A stretch of 64,000 nt of DNA from Sminthopsis crassicaudata (Eukaryota). Shown one piece after another: positions 39,901 to 50,477 of the stretch; position 1 is the stretch's first letter, and each line of letters starts with the position of its first letter. Below the pieces are notes generated by a model. It had not been told where the DNA came from and did no database searches. It saw nothing but the letters and a program-made list of their open reading frames with translations. A program made the position numbers and the translations under genes. The stretch spans positions 302,011,146 through 302,075,145 of the forward strand of contig NC_133621.1 of NCBI RefSeq assembly GCF_048593235.1, in the 5' to 3' direction.

Positions 39901-42900
39901 ATTTTCTTCAGGATATTTTAGCATATATTTTATTAAGATGTTGAGTCTTTTTTCATGATTTTCTTGCATCACAATTTTCCCAATTTCTCCCACCGCTGTT
40001 ATTTGATTTTTAAAATACCTTTTTTGTTACCTTATAAATTGTCTTGCACTCTAAAACTGTTTCATTCTATCCTTTTGTTGGTTCTGCTGCTTCAGAATTT
40101 ATTTTGAGGTATTATTTTAAGGTTGTTTGGAGGGAAATTTGGGAGAGCTCAAAGGCCTGCCTTTTCTTCTCTATCCTTGGCTTTACACTGCATTACCAAC
40201 ATTACTATAACAACTTCCTAAATGGCTTTGTTGGGCTCTTTCCAGTCCATCCCCTGATACTGTAGTGATTTTCTAAGGCAAAGATCTGACCATGTCATTG
40301 CCCTACCCAATAAATCCCATGATTCCCTATTACCTCTAGGTTCAATTGATCCAGTACTGTTCTAGGCACTAGAAATCAAATACAAACTCCCTCACAACCT
40401 AGAATCAGGCCATATTTCTGGGACTCTGACACTTTACCCCACTTGGAGCATTCCAGGCATGCTCCAACCAAACAGGTTTTCCTGCTGCTCCTGGAGCCTT
40501 GCTGGAAAAAGGATGCACTCAACCATCATCTCCTTCCCTAGGCCTTTCCTGCTCTCTGCAGCTGCTAATATCTCTTTCGCCAAGCTGCCTCGTGTCGGTG
40601 GTGTTTACATTTATGTGTGTCCTTGTCTCCCACTAAGAAAGGAAAGCTCTTGGAGGACAGGAACTGTTTCTGTCTTAGCACAGGGCCCTCCTGGCACATG
40701 AAAAGTCCTTAATAAAAGCTTGTTGCTGCCCAATGATGCCACTGAGTCCAAAGATACTAAGAGCCCACTAGAGATAGGACTCTGTGGTGGAGTGGGGAGT
40801 GGAAGGGATTATAACATGAAAATAATGGAGACTTGGTGCCAGATAGGATGAATATGTGTGCTACAGAAGGATTTCCTCATCCGGAAAATGGGATGATATT
40901 TATCTGCAGCACAGGGTTGTTGCAAGGAAAGTGCTTTGCATACTGTGGAAATGCGAACTCTCATAGACCAGAGTAGACAGAGAGTGGAGAAGATCTGCAG
41001 TTAAGGCGGGTAATAATAAGGCTTAGAGGGGGATTGTGGGAACAGAAGAAGGCTGGCCCACATGCACATTACAGAGATGAGTCAGGGAGATTGTAGGATT
41101 TACAACTGGTGAAGACCTCGGGGCTCATTTTAGCTACTCCTTTGTTCTATAGTGCAGGAAACGGGCTCAGAGTGGGGAGAGGTTCCTGCAAAGTCACATA
41201 GCTAGTATGGGGGAGAGCCAGGTTGTCCCAAAGGCTTACACTGGACGTTAGGTTCTGTAGGAGCTAAGGGCATGGGGGGAGAGGCCGTGACAATGCCATT
41301 CTCCCTCCTGATGCTGTCTGCTTTCTCTCTTCCACAGGTGTCCCTGCTGAAGTGGGCAGTACCTCCCTGGTGCCGCTTAGCCATCCCCGTGCCATCTCCT
41401 AGACTCTCCATCTGCCCCTGTACCCAAAAGCGCCTGGAAATCCATGTCCAGAAGTTAGTGCACCGGCAAAAGTGGGGGCCACCCCAGAAGCTCCGGGAAT
41501 CTTGGGCCCAGTTCCTATTGTCCCAGCTGCCAGGACACACGGGCCTTGAGGAGTCTGGCCAGCCTGGTGCCTGCTCCCCACTCTTCCCAAGCACCTGCAG
41601 GTGTCTAGAGGAATACCACAAGGAGCTCCATCACCTGGGGGGCTGGCAGTTTGCCTGGGGCTTCTGCAACATCCAGGCTCATCTTCTCTGTAAGGTCCCC
41701 CTGTCTCAAGTTCTGGAGGGGCCGGGCTGGATGGAACAGGCCCAGGAGAGAACGTGCGTCCCAGCACCTCTCCCAATCTCCAGGGGAATCCCCCTTCTAA
41801 GTTCCCCCCAAGCTCCCGAGAGGACACCTGGCCGTGCTCTGCTGTCTATTGAAGGGCCATGCCCGCCTGCGGATCGGCACGGGGGAGCGCCGAAGGCCCA
41901 GGAACCGGAGAAGGCAGACCAGCAGCTGGTCAGGGATGAAGGCTCCCTGAGAGGCCAGGCCTTGCAGATGGAGGAGGAGCTGGAGGCAGGGAAAGATGTT
42001 TTAGAGGCTGCTTCTCAAACCGGCTGCTCGGGAGGGGAGAGTCACCCATATCAAGACACCAGCTTCCCGTGGGGCTCCGCTTTGGAGGATGCTGACTCAG
42101 AAGCTTCGGATCAGGAGCTGGAGGCTGCCGAGAGGGCTTCTGACACCACTCTTCTGACACAGCCCCTGCTCCAAATGGGAAAGGAGGAAGATCTTCAAGA
42201 CGTCTGCAAGGGGCTCCCTGAAAGGGGGCCCAGGACAGGGAGCGGCACTGGTCAGCACCAGCAGCGTGGCCAGACCGGGGGCATCGGCCCAGAGCTCAGT
42301 CCCCAGGATCCCCCTCAGCCGAGCTGGCAGCCAGAAAGCCAGACTCTGGCTCCTCCTCCCATTTTTGTTAGTCCCTCAGAAAACAGTGACTGCACCCCAA
42401 CAGCCTCAGATACTGATTCCAGGGCGGTCACGTCTACTCACGAAGTGCCCCCAAAGCGGCCGACCCTAAAGAAGAGCTCCCGGCTCCTCCTGGAGTCCCT
42501 CATGCGCCGGAAGATCGCCCACCTCAAGTGGGGTCTTCCCAGAAGGATCCAGGAGTCGGAGTGGCTGTTTCAGCTGATGGGACCCTCTTCACCTTCCAAT
42601 ACTGGCATGCAGAGTTCCAGCTCGGGAGAAGATGAGACCAGTAAGGAAGAGGGAAGGACCCAGGCCGGCGAGCCCAGCCTGGCTGAACTGGTGACCCAAA
42701 GCAGCTGTGCGGCAGGGGGCAACTCTGCCTGCCAGGCCCCAAGCCCTCCAAAGGCTGCCAGGGGTACCCCTGACCCTGTGCTACAGCCGTTTATCCAGTT
42801 CAAGGAAAGGCTCAAGTGCCAAGAGAAAGAGGCCCAGAAGCTGCCCTTGCCACCCAGAAAGAGGAAAGGGAAAAATGACCCCGATTGTGCAGACCTGAGG

Positions 42901-43920
42901 GCCTTCCCCATCAGCCTTGATGAAGTGAAGGGGCCCAAACAGTCCCCGAACCTCTGGGGGCTCCAAGACCTCTGCGACGAGGCTCTGTCTCGGGCCATGC
43001 TGCCAGTCCTCATGGACTGCACCAGGAAAGCCAGTCCCCAGGGAGCTGCCGCCAGGAAGCAGACAGGACCCTGTCCCAAAGACCCCCCGATCTCCATGGC
43101 CTGGGAGTGGAGGGTCAGCCAGGAGGCTGCAGAGGAGGCGTCTTCCAGGAGCAGGGAGAGCAGCTCAGAGCCAAGGCCAGGCCCTTCGAATGAAGCCCCC
43201 AGAGACTTTGAGAAGCCAGGGAACTCGGGGCCCAAGGCCAGCATCAAAGCCTGGTCTCCCAATCGCGTGAAAAAGGTGCTGAACCCGAAGGTCTTCCAAG
43301 ATAACCAAGCTCTGCCCTGGGCCATGGTGTGTCACTGGTCGATGCCTTCAGCCTCTCAGTCACAGAACACGAGCGATTCTTCGGGGGACACCCCCCAGAG
43401 CCACAGCTCAGAGGCTCACCTCCTGCCGACCGAACACAGAAAGTGGACTTTCCGATCTCAGGGAGGCAGGGCCGCCGAGCTGGGGGCTTCCTCCTATTCC
43501 TCAGGCAGGGCCAAAGGACCTTTCCGAAGCGTGGCTTTGAGGCTGGGCATGGCCTTCATGAACAAGATGCCCTGGGCCCCGAGGCGAGCCAGCTCGGCAA
43601 CCTCTGTCTCCAACCACAGCCAGTGCCAGGAGGATCCGGACCTCCTGAGGGGGGCCGAGAGCGCCGCCTTGTCCCAGGCCGGACTCTCTGAGAAATCCTG
43701 GAGCAGAGAAGAGGGCGAAGGGTCCGACCACAGAGCGCTTGCCAGGGGCTACACTTACCTGGACTTGGAGAGGGACTCTCAAGCCCCGGATCAGTCCTCC
43801 TGTGAAGATGGGACCGGGGAGTCCTCGGCGCAGGCTTCTCAGAGTGAACGCGTCTCTACCAAATCCAGCTGGACCAAGCGACTGAGGTATCTGCTGACCA
43901 GGCTCAGCCTCCACAAATAG
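33755..43920 (+). CDS. C22orf46: C22orf46 orthologue, two exons: join(33755-33967,41338-43920), 931 aa, uncharacterised, N-terminal hydrophobic segment
   Basis: Exon 1 MLLPLLGICALFGRFWGKSWEPVQGLLTDGCGCGDPRCCGNLFILCLFLLWQIR resembles the recalled human C22orf46 start (MLLSLLGACAV...WEPVQGLL...CRDPQCCGNLLVLCLFLVWQVR). Donor GAG|GTGAGG at 33967 splices in phase 0 to acceptor CCACAG|GTG at 41338, which opens an uninterrupted 860-codon frame. Syntenic position between SNU13 and MEI1. Confidence 0.88.
36780..37190 (-). mobile_element. Probable LTR fragment
   Basis: Minus strand ends ...GCTAGTCTGGACATTACGCCACA; internal short direct repeats CACACTAAGTAC; family not assignable by eye. Confidence 0.4.
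39527..39678. other. Assembly gap (152 N)
   Basis: Run of N. Confidence 1.
39679..39752 (-). mobile_element. WSINE1-like SINE 5' part, cut by the assembly gap
   Basis: Reverse complement of the GGGGCAACTAGGTGGCGCAGTGGGTAGAGCACC...GAGTTCAAATC head. Confidence 0.75.
41338..43920 (+). CDS. C22orf46: C22orf46 large terminal exon (860 aa + stop)
   Basis: Longest ORF in the window (41272-43920); polypyrimidine tract and CAG acceptor at 41335-41337; variant poly(A) signal AGTAAA at 43983-43988. Confidence 0.88.
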   Translation: MSLLKWAVPPWCRLAIPVPSPRLSICPCTQKRLEIHVQKLVHRQKWGPPQKLRESWAQFLLSQLPGHTGLEESGQPGACSPLFPSTCRCLEEYHKELHHLGGWQFAWGFCNIQAHLLCKVPLSQVLEGPGWMEQAQERTCVPAPLPISRGIPLLSSPQAPERTPGRALLSIEGPCPPADRHGGAPKAQEPEKADQQLVRDEGSLRGQALQMEEELEAGKDVLEAASQTGCSGGESHPYQDTSFPWGSALEDADSEASDQELEAAERASDTTLLTQPLLQMGKEEDLQDVCKGLPERGPRTGSGTGQHQQRGQTGGIGPELSPQDPPQPSWQPESQTLAPPPIFVSPSENSDCTPTASDTDSRAVTSTHEVPPKRPTLKKSSRLLLESLMRRKIAHLKWGLPRRIQESEWLFQLMGPSSPSNTGMQSSSSGEDETSKEEGRTQAGEPSLAELVTQSSCAAGGNSACQAPSPPKAARGTPDPVLQPFIQFKERLKCQEKEAQKLPLPPRKRKGKNDPDCADLRAFPISLDEVKGPKQSPNLWGLQDLCDEALSRAMLPVLMDCTRKASPQGAAARKQTGPCPKDPPISMAWEWRVSQEAAEEASSRSRESSSEPRPGPSNEAPRDFEKPGNSGPKASIKAWSPNRVKKVLNPKVFQDNQALPWAMVCHWSMPSASQSQNTSDSSGDTPQSHSSEAHLLPTEHRKWTFRSQGGRAAELGASSYSSGRAKGPFRSVALRLGMAFMNKMPWAPRRASSATSVSNHSQCQEDPDLLRGAESAALSQAGLSEKSWSREEGEGSDHRALARGYTYLDLERDSQAPDQSSCEDGTGESSAQASQSERVSTKSSWTKRLRYLLTRLSLHK

Positions 43921-44686
43921 GCCCCACCTTCTCATCCTGTGCCAGAGAACACCTGGTGTGCCCTGCTCTTTCCAAAGCCTCTAGTAAAAATTGCTTTTTC
44001 AGGCTTTTCTGAGTTGTGGGGGTTTTCCCCATTGGGATGCGCGACCCTTTGGGGTTCACTGACTTAGAGCCAGCGGTCATCCGAGCCAAGGCTCTCCTTT
44101 TACAGAGAGGTAAACCGTGAACTCCGCCCCTTCCCCAAGAAGTCAAGGTGGCAAAAAAGGTACAGGACGAGGCTTCGAATCCAGGTCTCCAGGCTCCAAA
44201 TCCAGTCTTGCTTCTCTGCTGAGAGCCCCACTTGTCAGGAACGCTAGTTAGCTGCAGAAGGTAATTTAGGGAAGAAGTTGGGGGGGCCCCAGAGCTAGGA
44301 AGACTAATCTTTTAGAAGAAAATGAGTGGGAGGTGGGGGGCTGAACCATCAGGTAAAAGAGGGGAGCTTTGGGTGGGGGACTGAAAAGCTCCAGGGAGAC
44401 TTCAAGGCAAGGAACATGTGAATCAGCCCTCTCAAACTGGGGCTGGGAAGCACACTGAACTGGAGTTTCTAAGCCTGGCATTCCTGCAAAGGCCTCCTGG
44501 CCTTCTGAATCATAAACAAACCACACCAGAGAAAGGAGGCACAGATTTACAAGCGCCCCACGGGGTCTAGTGGCCCGTGGTCCGTGGCTCCCCAAGCAAG
44601 GAGAAGCTCCTGGCTCAGATTCAGTCATTAGATCAGAAATTCTTAGCCTGGGAACCATGAACTTGTTTTTTAAAATACTGGGTAAA

Positions 44687-44833
44687 GGGGCAGCCAGGTG
44701 GCGCAGTGGATAGAGCACCAGCCCTGAAGTCAGATCGACCTGAGTTCAAATCCTGTCTCAGACACTTAGCACTTCCTGGCTGTGTGACCCTGGGCAAGTC
44801 ACTTAACCCCAATTGCCTCCAAAAAAAAAAAAA
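44687..44833 (+). mobile_element. Marsupial SINE (WSINE1-like), full length
   Basis: Same family as 29920; 14-bp TSD AAAATACTGGGTAA at 44672-44685 and 44830-44843. Confidence 0.88.
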
Positions 44834-46312
44834 TACTGGGTAATAATTTGCATATAATTGGTTTCCCTTCTAATCTGATGTACACATCTTATTTTATTCA
44901 ATTCTGAGGGCTCCAAAGGCTTCCCTAAACTGTCAGGAGGGTTCCATAATTTAAAAATAAAAAAGGCTTCCAGGTGGTACTCCCATAGAGCATCAGGCTT
45001 GGAGTCAGTAAGGCTTTAGTTCAAATCCAGCCTCTGACACTTACTGTGTGATAATCCCACAAGTCACTTCACTCCTGCTTGCCTCAGTTTCCTCCTCTGT
45101 AAAATAGAGATGACAATAATAGCGCCTCCCTCCCAGGGTGTTGACATAATGTATGCAAAGCACTTGGCAGACCTTAAAGGGCCAGATAAATGCTAGCTGG
45201 TTAGAGGAACTGATTTAGGACCAGAGGAGCTGGACCTCCAATCATGTCTAATCATCCGCCTCCCTCTCTCCAGACACTGAGCAGTTGCTTAGATTCATTC
45301 ATTCCTTGGTCTTTAGACTTCCATGCCCTCAGACTCTTCTCCATTCCAGTGATTCTGTTATGGGCCAGAACTCTGAAACAAGGATTCTTACCAGGTGTAA
45401 AGTCAGTGGAACTGATAAGACAATGGTTATCTGATTTAGCGTGGTGATTAATAGTTCTCTAGTTCAGTACGTGTACTTAGTGTAGTTCTACAAGATACAC
45501 ACTATGATGTAATCAAAATGGGACAAACTCAGCCAGAGCCAGAAGGTCTCAGAGAGAGACTCAGAAGGGCCAGACACAGACTCGGAAGGGATGAGACACA
45601 GATTCATTCCGTGGTCCACCTTTGTGGTGGCTGAAGCACGAGCCCTCGGACTCAGATTCATTCCATCTTCATCAGCCTCGTGGGGCTGGCCTGTGCTCCC
45701 GCTCCCCACACTGAGACCAAGGCCTGTCTGAAGGGCCTCAAGAAAGCTAATGGGGAGGGGGGGTTCAGGCAAGGAGATAATAAAGTAAAGGACTTTAACA
45801 CCTGGCTATTCTTGTGGTGATTAATCTACTGAAAGGAAGTTGGCCCAAAGGCCTCCAGAAAATCCAACAAGAACATTACAATTCTGGCTCCTCAAAGACC
45901 TGAGCACAAACGCCATTTCCCACCCCTCTCCCATGGCTTCCCTCTCTGCCCTAGCCATCCCACCATGTTCCATGTCTACCTGCCCTCTTGGGATGTCTTT
46001 CATGTTTCCCCTTCTCTTTCCTTCCATCTTCTGGCTCCTTTCCAATGCCCTGGCCTCCCAGGCAGCACCAGCTGTACTCAGGCCTCCCTACCCCACTCAC
46101 TTTGCTCCCCATGCCCACTTTCAGGGGCATCACTCAGTGAGGATCTTTCAATCCAATTTGGTCCCTCCATCCAGATTCTTTTCCACTTGTCCTCCGACCT
46201 GTCTGATCTTCCTGCTCTTCATTCAGGTCATGTCCACTATTTGTGGGTGTCCTCCATGGCTCTATCCTGAGGTCTTTCTGCTTTCTCACTTGGCTATCTC
46301 ATCACCAATCAC

Positions 46313-46377
46313 AATTAAATTAAATTAAATTAAATTAAATTAGATTAGATTAAATTAAATTTAAATTAAATTAAATT
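46313..46377. repeat. (TTAAA)n microsatellite
   Basis: About 13 pentamer units, a few variant. Confidence 0.9.
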
Positions 46378-46497
46378 GTCTCTTTGCAGATTCTTTCCCA
46401 GATAGATAACTAGATAACGATAATTATCTATCCAGCCCTAGTCTCTCTCTCGAACTCCAGTCCCACATCAATCTATCTCCTTTTAGACAATCTGAAC

Positions 46498-46700
46498 CAG
46501 GGCTGTGCTGATAAATGTTTGAAAAAAAATGTACTGGGCATTTTTAAGTTTAATTTGCATAACTCATATTTTCTCCACCACTTTCTGAAGACTAGACAAT
46601 AAAACAATAAATCACGACTTGTGGCGTCTGTTGTCTGAGATGTAAATGCTCACTCTGAAAATTTAACAGCCGGGTTTTTAGAAGCCAGTAGCACCAGCTA
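46498..46700. mobile_element. hAT-type non-autonomous DNA transposon fragment (MER63-like)
   Basis: CAGGGCTGTGCTGATAAATGTTT...GAAAATTTAACAGCCGG resembles the recalled MER63 consensus. Confidence 0.5.
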
Positions 46701-49700
46701 CCATTGAGAATTGCAGACATCTCAAATTCAATGTAACCAAAATAAAAATCGTTATCCTCCTATCAAATCCTCAAATTTTCCCACTAAAATTGGGGGCACC
46801 TCCATGCTCCCGGTCACCCAGGATTGAATTCTAGGTGTCACCTTAATATTTTATTTGGATTCATCTCATGTAGTCAACAAACTGTTTCCAAAAGTCTTGT
46901 TCCTTCCTCCATAGCATCTTTCACCTCTAGCCCCCCGCCAGGTTCTGGCCTTCATCTCCTCACACATTCTGGGTGAACACTCTGCCTCAAGGCCTCCTCT
47001 CCACTCCAGGCCACCCTTGAGCAGTTATCAAAGTGACTTTCCTCCAAGCCTCTATGCAGTACAGCCCAATGGCTCCCTACTAGCTTCAGGGTCTCCCAGC
47101 TCAGTAGCACACTGGACAGAGTGCCCAGCATGGAGTCAGGAAAACTACTGAGTTCAAATCTGGCCTCAGACACTTCCTAGTTGTGTGATTCTGTGTAAGT
47201 CACTTTACCCTGTTTGCCTCAGTTTCCTTATATGTAAAATGGGCTGGAGAAGGAAATACAAACTACTCTAGTATCTTTGCTGAGAAAATCATGACCAAAA
47301 CCACGAAGAGTTAGACACAACAGAACAATATAATCCTTCACAACCTGCCCCCTTCCTACTTCCTCCTTTTCTCCCCTCCATATAGTCCATATTCCAGCAA
47401 AATTATCTTTTTGGCGGCTCTTCTCACACGTGTCCCCTCTCCTAGCTTTCCTTGTGCCTGGAAGGCTTTCCTTTCTCTCTCTGATTTCTGGTTTTTAAAA
47501 AATCAGCTCAAGATTCAATCCAGTTCCAATTGTTCAGTGATGAAGAGAGCCATCTACACTCAGCTGTGTGGTTCACAACATAGCATTTCCAATCTGTTTG
47601 TTGTTGTTTGCTTGCATTTTATTTTGCTTCTCTTTTTTTTTTACTGGTTTAATTTAATTTTTCTTGTGCAGCATGATAATTGTATAAATATGCATGCATA
47701 TATTGGATTTAACATCTATTTCTACCATGTTTAACAAATATTGGACTACTTGCCATCTAGAGGAGAAGGTGGGAGAAAGGGGGAAATTGGAACACAAGGT
47801 TTTGCAAGGGCTAATGTGGAAGAATTGTCCATGTACATGTTTTGAAAAGCTTTAATAAAAACAAATTTAAAAAAATCAACTCAAACTCCACTTTCTGCAT
47901 GAGGCTTTCCCTAGTCTTTCCCCCATCTCCACCTCCAATGTCAATGGGCTTTCTCAGAGACCTGCCTTCCATTTACACTGTAGATGTACCTGGGATTTTT
48001 GTTTTCTTGCCTGTTATTTCTGTACTCAGGCCTCCCTACCCCACTCACTTTGCTCCCCATGCCCACTTTCAGGGGCATCACTCAGTGAGAATCTTTCAAT
48101 CCAATTTGGCCCCTCCAACCAGATTATTTTCCACTTGTCCTCCAACCTGTCTGATCTCCAACAGGTACTTTTTTCTTTTTTTGGTCTCTCTTTGTATCCC
48201 AAGCATACTGCCTTGCACAGAGGATGCATTTATTAAATATTTGGTGACTGATTGTAACTTTCCAGAATAAAACACTAACTGTGGCCCCTGGCCATTAGAA
48301 TATAATACCTCAGTATCAAAATGAAGTATTATGTGATACAGTGTCTCTTGTTAAATGGAAATAAAGGGTAATAAGATTTAAAGGATGTAAGCTGTATGAA
48401 TGCAGGGACTCCTTCTATTTTATATATACATCCTTAATGTTCAATCATTTTGTGGATATTGTTGAAGAGCTTTCTACACCACAAATTCTGGCCTTTCTGC
48501 TTCCCCTATGACCAACCTTGAGTTAAGATCATTATCACTAAAGACTTGTTTTATATTTTTTATATATTTTTTATTTATATTTATTTTACATATATATATT
48601 TTTTATTTTTTTATATATATTTATATTTATTTTGGCATGTTTGGCTTCACATTTTACTTGTTTCTTTCAGGGGGGGTAACAATTAGATAAACAGATAATT
48701 AATTCCAATATAACAACAACAACAAATGAAAAGGAACAGAAGCAAAATAACAGAAAGACATACTCAAATATCAGCAAAAATTTTAGAAATTAGCTAGAAT
48801 TTTCTCAGGATACAATAGGGAGATAATAAAAACACTGACGCACACAGAGGAAGAAAGAGAATTAGAAAGGGTGGAGTAGATGTAGTGTAAGAGAAAAACT
48901 AAAGTTAGGTTTGCATAGAACAGTTAAATTTAATTCCTCAGAAACCTTGTAAGATAATAAAAATCTCTGACCAATGAGCTTTTTGAAGGGACTCGTTTGG
49001 CCCCAACTTTTGATAAAGATGTCAAGGCTAGAAACTGGTTTGAACTGACCAAGTTCAAGGACCTGGCAAAGCTTTTCTTTATTGCTTAATAAGCTTCATG
49101 CATATCAGCTGACTCACCCCGTGCAGAACTAGAACCTCATTAACAGAACATGGGATGTGTGATGAGGGAGGGGGAACCATGTAAGAAATGATGAGACCCT
49201 AAGTGGAATGTGGTCTAGCACAATCCATAGCTCTGCAGGCCAGCAGCAGGTCTTAATTAACAAGGCGTTCCTCCCTGACTTCTCAACTCACTGATGGCAA
49301 AGGGGTGAAGGCTGCTGGTGGGTTTGCTGGCACAAGTCTCTCTCCCACTCTGTCCTCCATTTTGCCACTAAAGTGATTTTCCTAAAGTCCAACCACAGCT
49401 CCCCTTTCCTCTCCCAGTGGCTTCTCACCATCTCCAGGACCAAACAGAAAATCCCCTCTTTGGTATCCAAAGCCTTCCCCTCCTACCTTTCCAGTCTTCC
49501 TAAATCTTGATTAGGTACTCTTATAATCAATGACCCTGGCCTCTCCTCAAGCAGGACCCTTGTCACTGACTCTGGGCACTTTCTCTGGAATGCTTTCTCT
49601 CCTCTGCTGGACCTCCTGGCTGCCCTGGCTTTTTCCAAGTCCCAGCTAAAATCCCTCCCCTTTCCCCTGCCCTCTTGCTGCTGGTGCCTTTGCTCTGGTA

Positions 49701-50092
49701 GGATCTCCAACTTATCTTCTCTACGTTTTGTTACTTCAGGGCTGTCTGCACGTTGCCCCTTCTCCATGTTAAACTGGGAGCTCGAGGCCAAGGCCTTCTT
49801 TTTAACTTATTACTGTCCTACCGTCCCTGACTCTAATAAAAGTTTGTGGATTGACAGAAAATTTAGTCCTCAGCACTAAAGTGCTTGGCATTGTCAGAAA
49901 CTGATATGGTTTTATTGGCTGAAACTTTAAAGAGATAAAATCATGTTGTACCCCACGGTCAAAATGGGGTCTTTTCATATGTAGCAGCTGATACCTCCTC
50001 CATAGGTCTCTCTCCTCCCCCCCCCCATTAGAATGAGAATCCCTGAGATTTTCTTAGTTCCTCCACTTGTATCCCCTGAGTTTAGTGAGAGT

Positions 50093-50477
50093 AAGTGCTT
50101 AATAATGGATTCTTCATTCATTCAGACTGAGGGCAAGTGCTTAATAATTGCTTTTACATTCAGGCTCAGGAAAGTGCTTAATAATGGCTTCTTTATACAT
50201 TCAGACTGAGTGTAAGTGCTTAATAATGGCTTCTTCATTCATTCAGACTGAGGGCAAGTGCTTAATAATTGCTTTTACATTCAGGCTCAGGAAAGTGCTT
50301 AATAATTGCTTCTTTATACCATCAGACTGAGTGTAAGTGCTTAATAATGGCTTCTTCATACATTCAGGGGGAGGGCAAGTGCTTAATAATTGTTTTTACA
50401 TTCAGGCTCAGGAAAGTGCTTAATAATTGCTTCTTCATACATTCAGACTGAGTGTAAGTGCTTAATAATTGCTTTTA
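50093..50477 (+). repeat. Minisatellite, 37/42-bp units (AAGTGCTTAATAATTGCTT...), left arm
   Basis: Nine full units plus one interrupted unit; 121-bp (42+37+42) higher-order period; begins in an L2-like 3' tail. Confidence 0.92.

Larger units (their letters stand above)
38830..40140 (-). mobile_element. Degenerate LINE-1 fragment (probably ORF1 region), spanning the gap
   Basis: T-rich plus strand resembling antisense marsupial L1; recognised by eye, boundaries approximate. Confidence 0.55.
45880..47080 (+). mobile_element. Old L2 LINE fragment with nested insertions
   Basis: Pyrimidine-rich L2-like motifs (CAGGTCATG...GTGGGTGTCC, AAATTCAATGTAACCAAAA); further L2 3' pieces at ~47350-48250 and 49330-49860. 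Confidence 0.6.

Noticed and set aside
42570-43325. 251-aa antisense ORF and other ORFs overlapping the C22orf46 exon
   Set aside because: Shadow frames of a GC-rich coding exon, with no independent gene signals.
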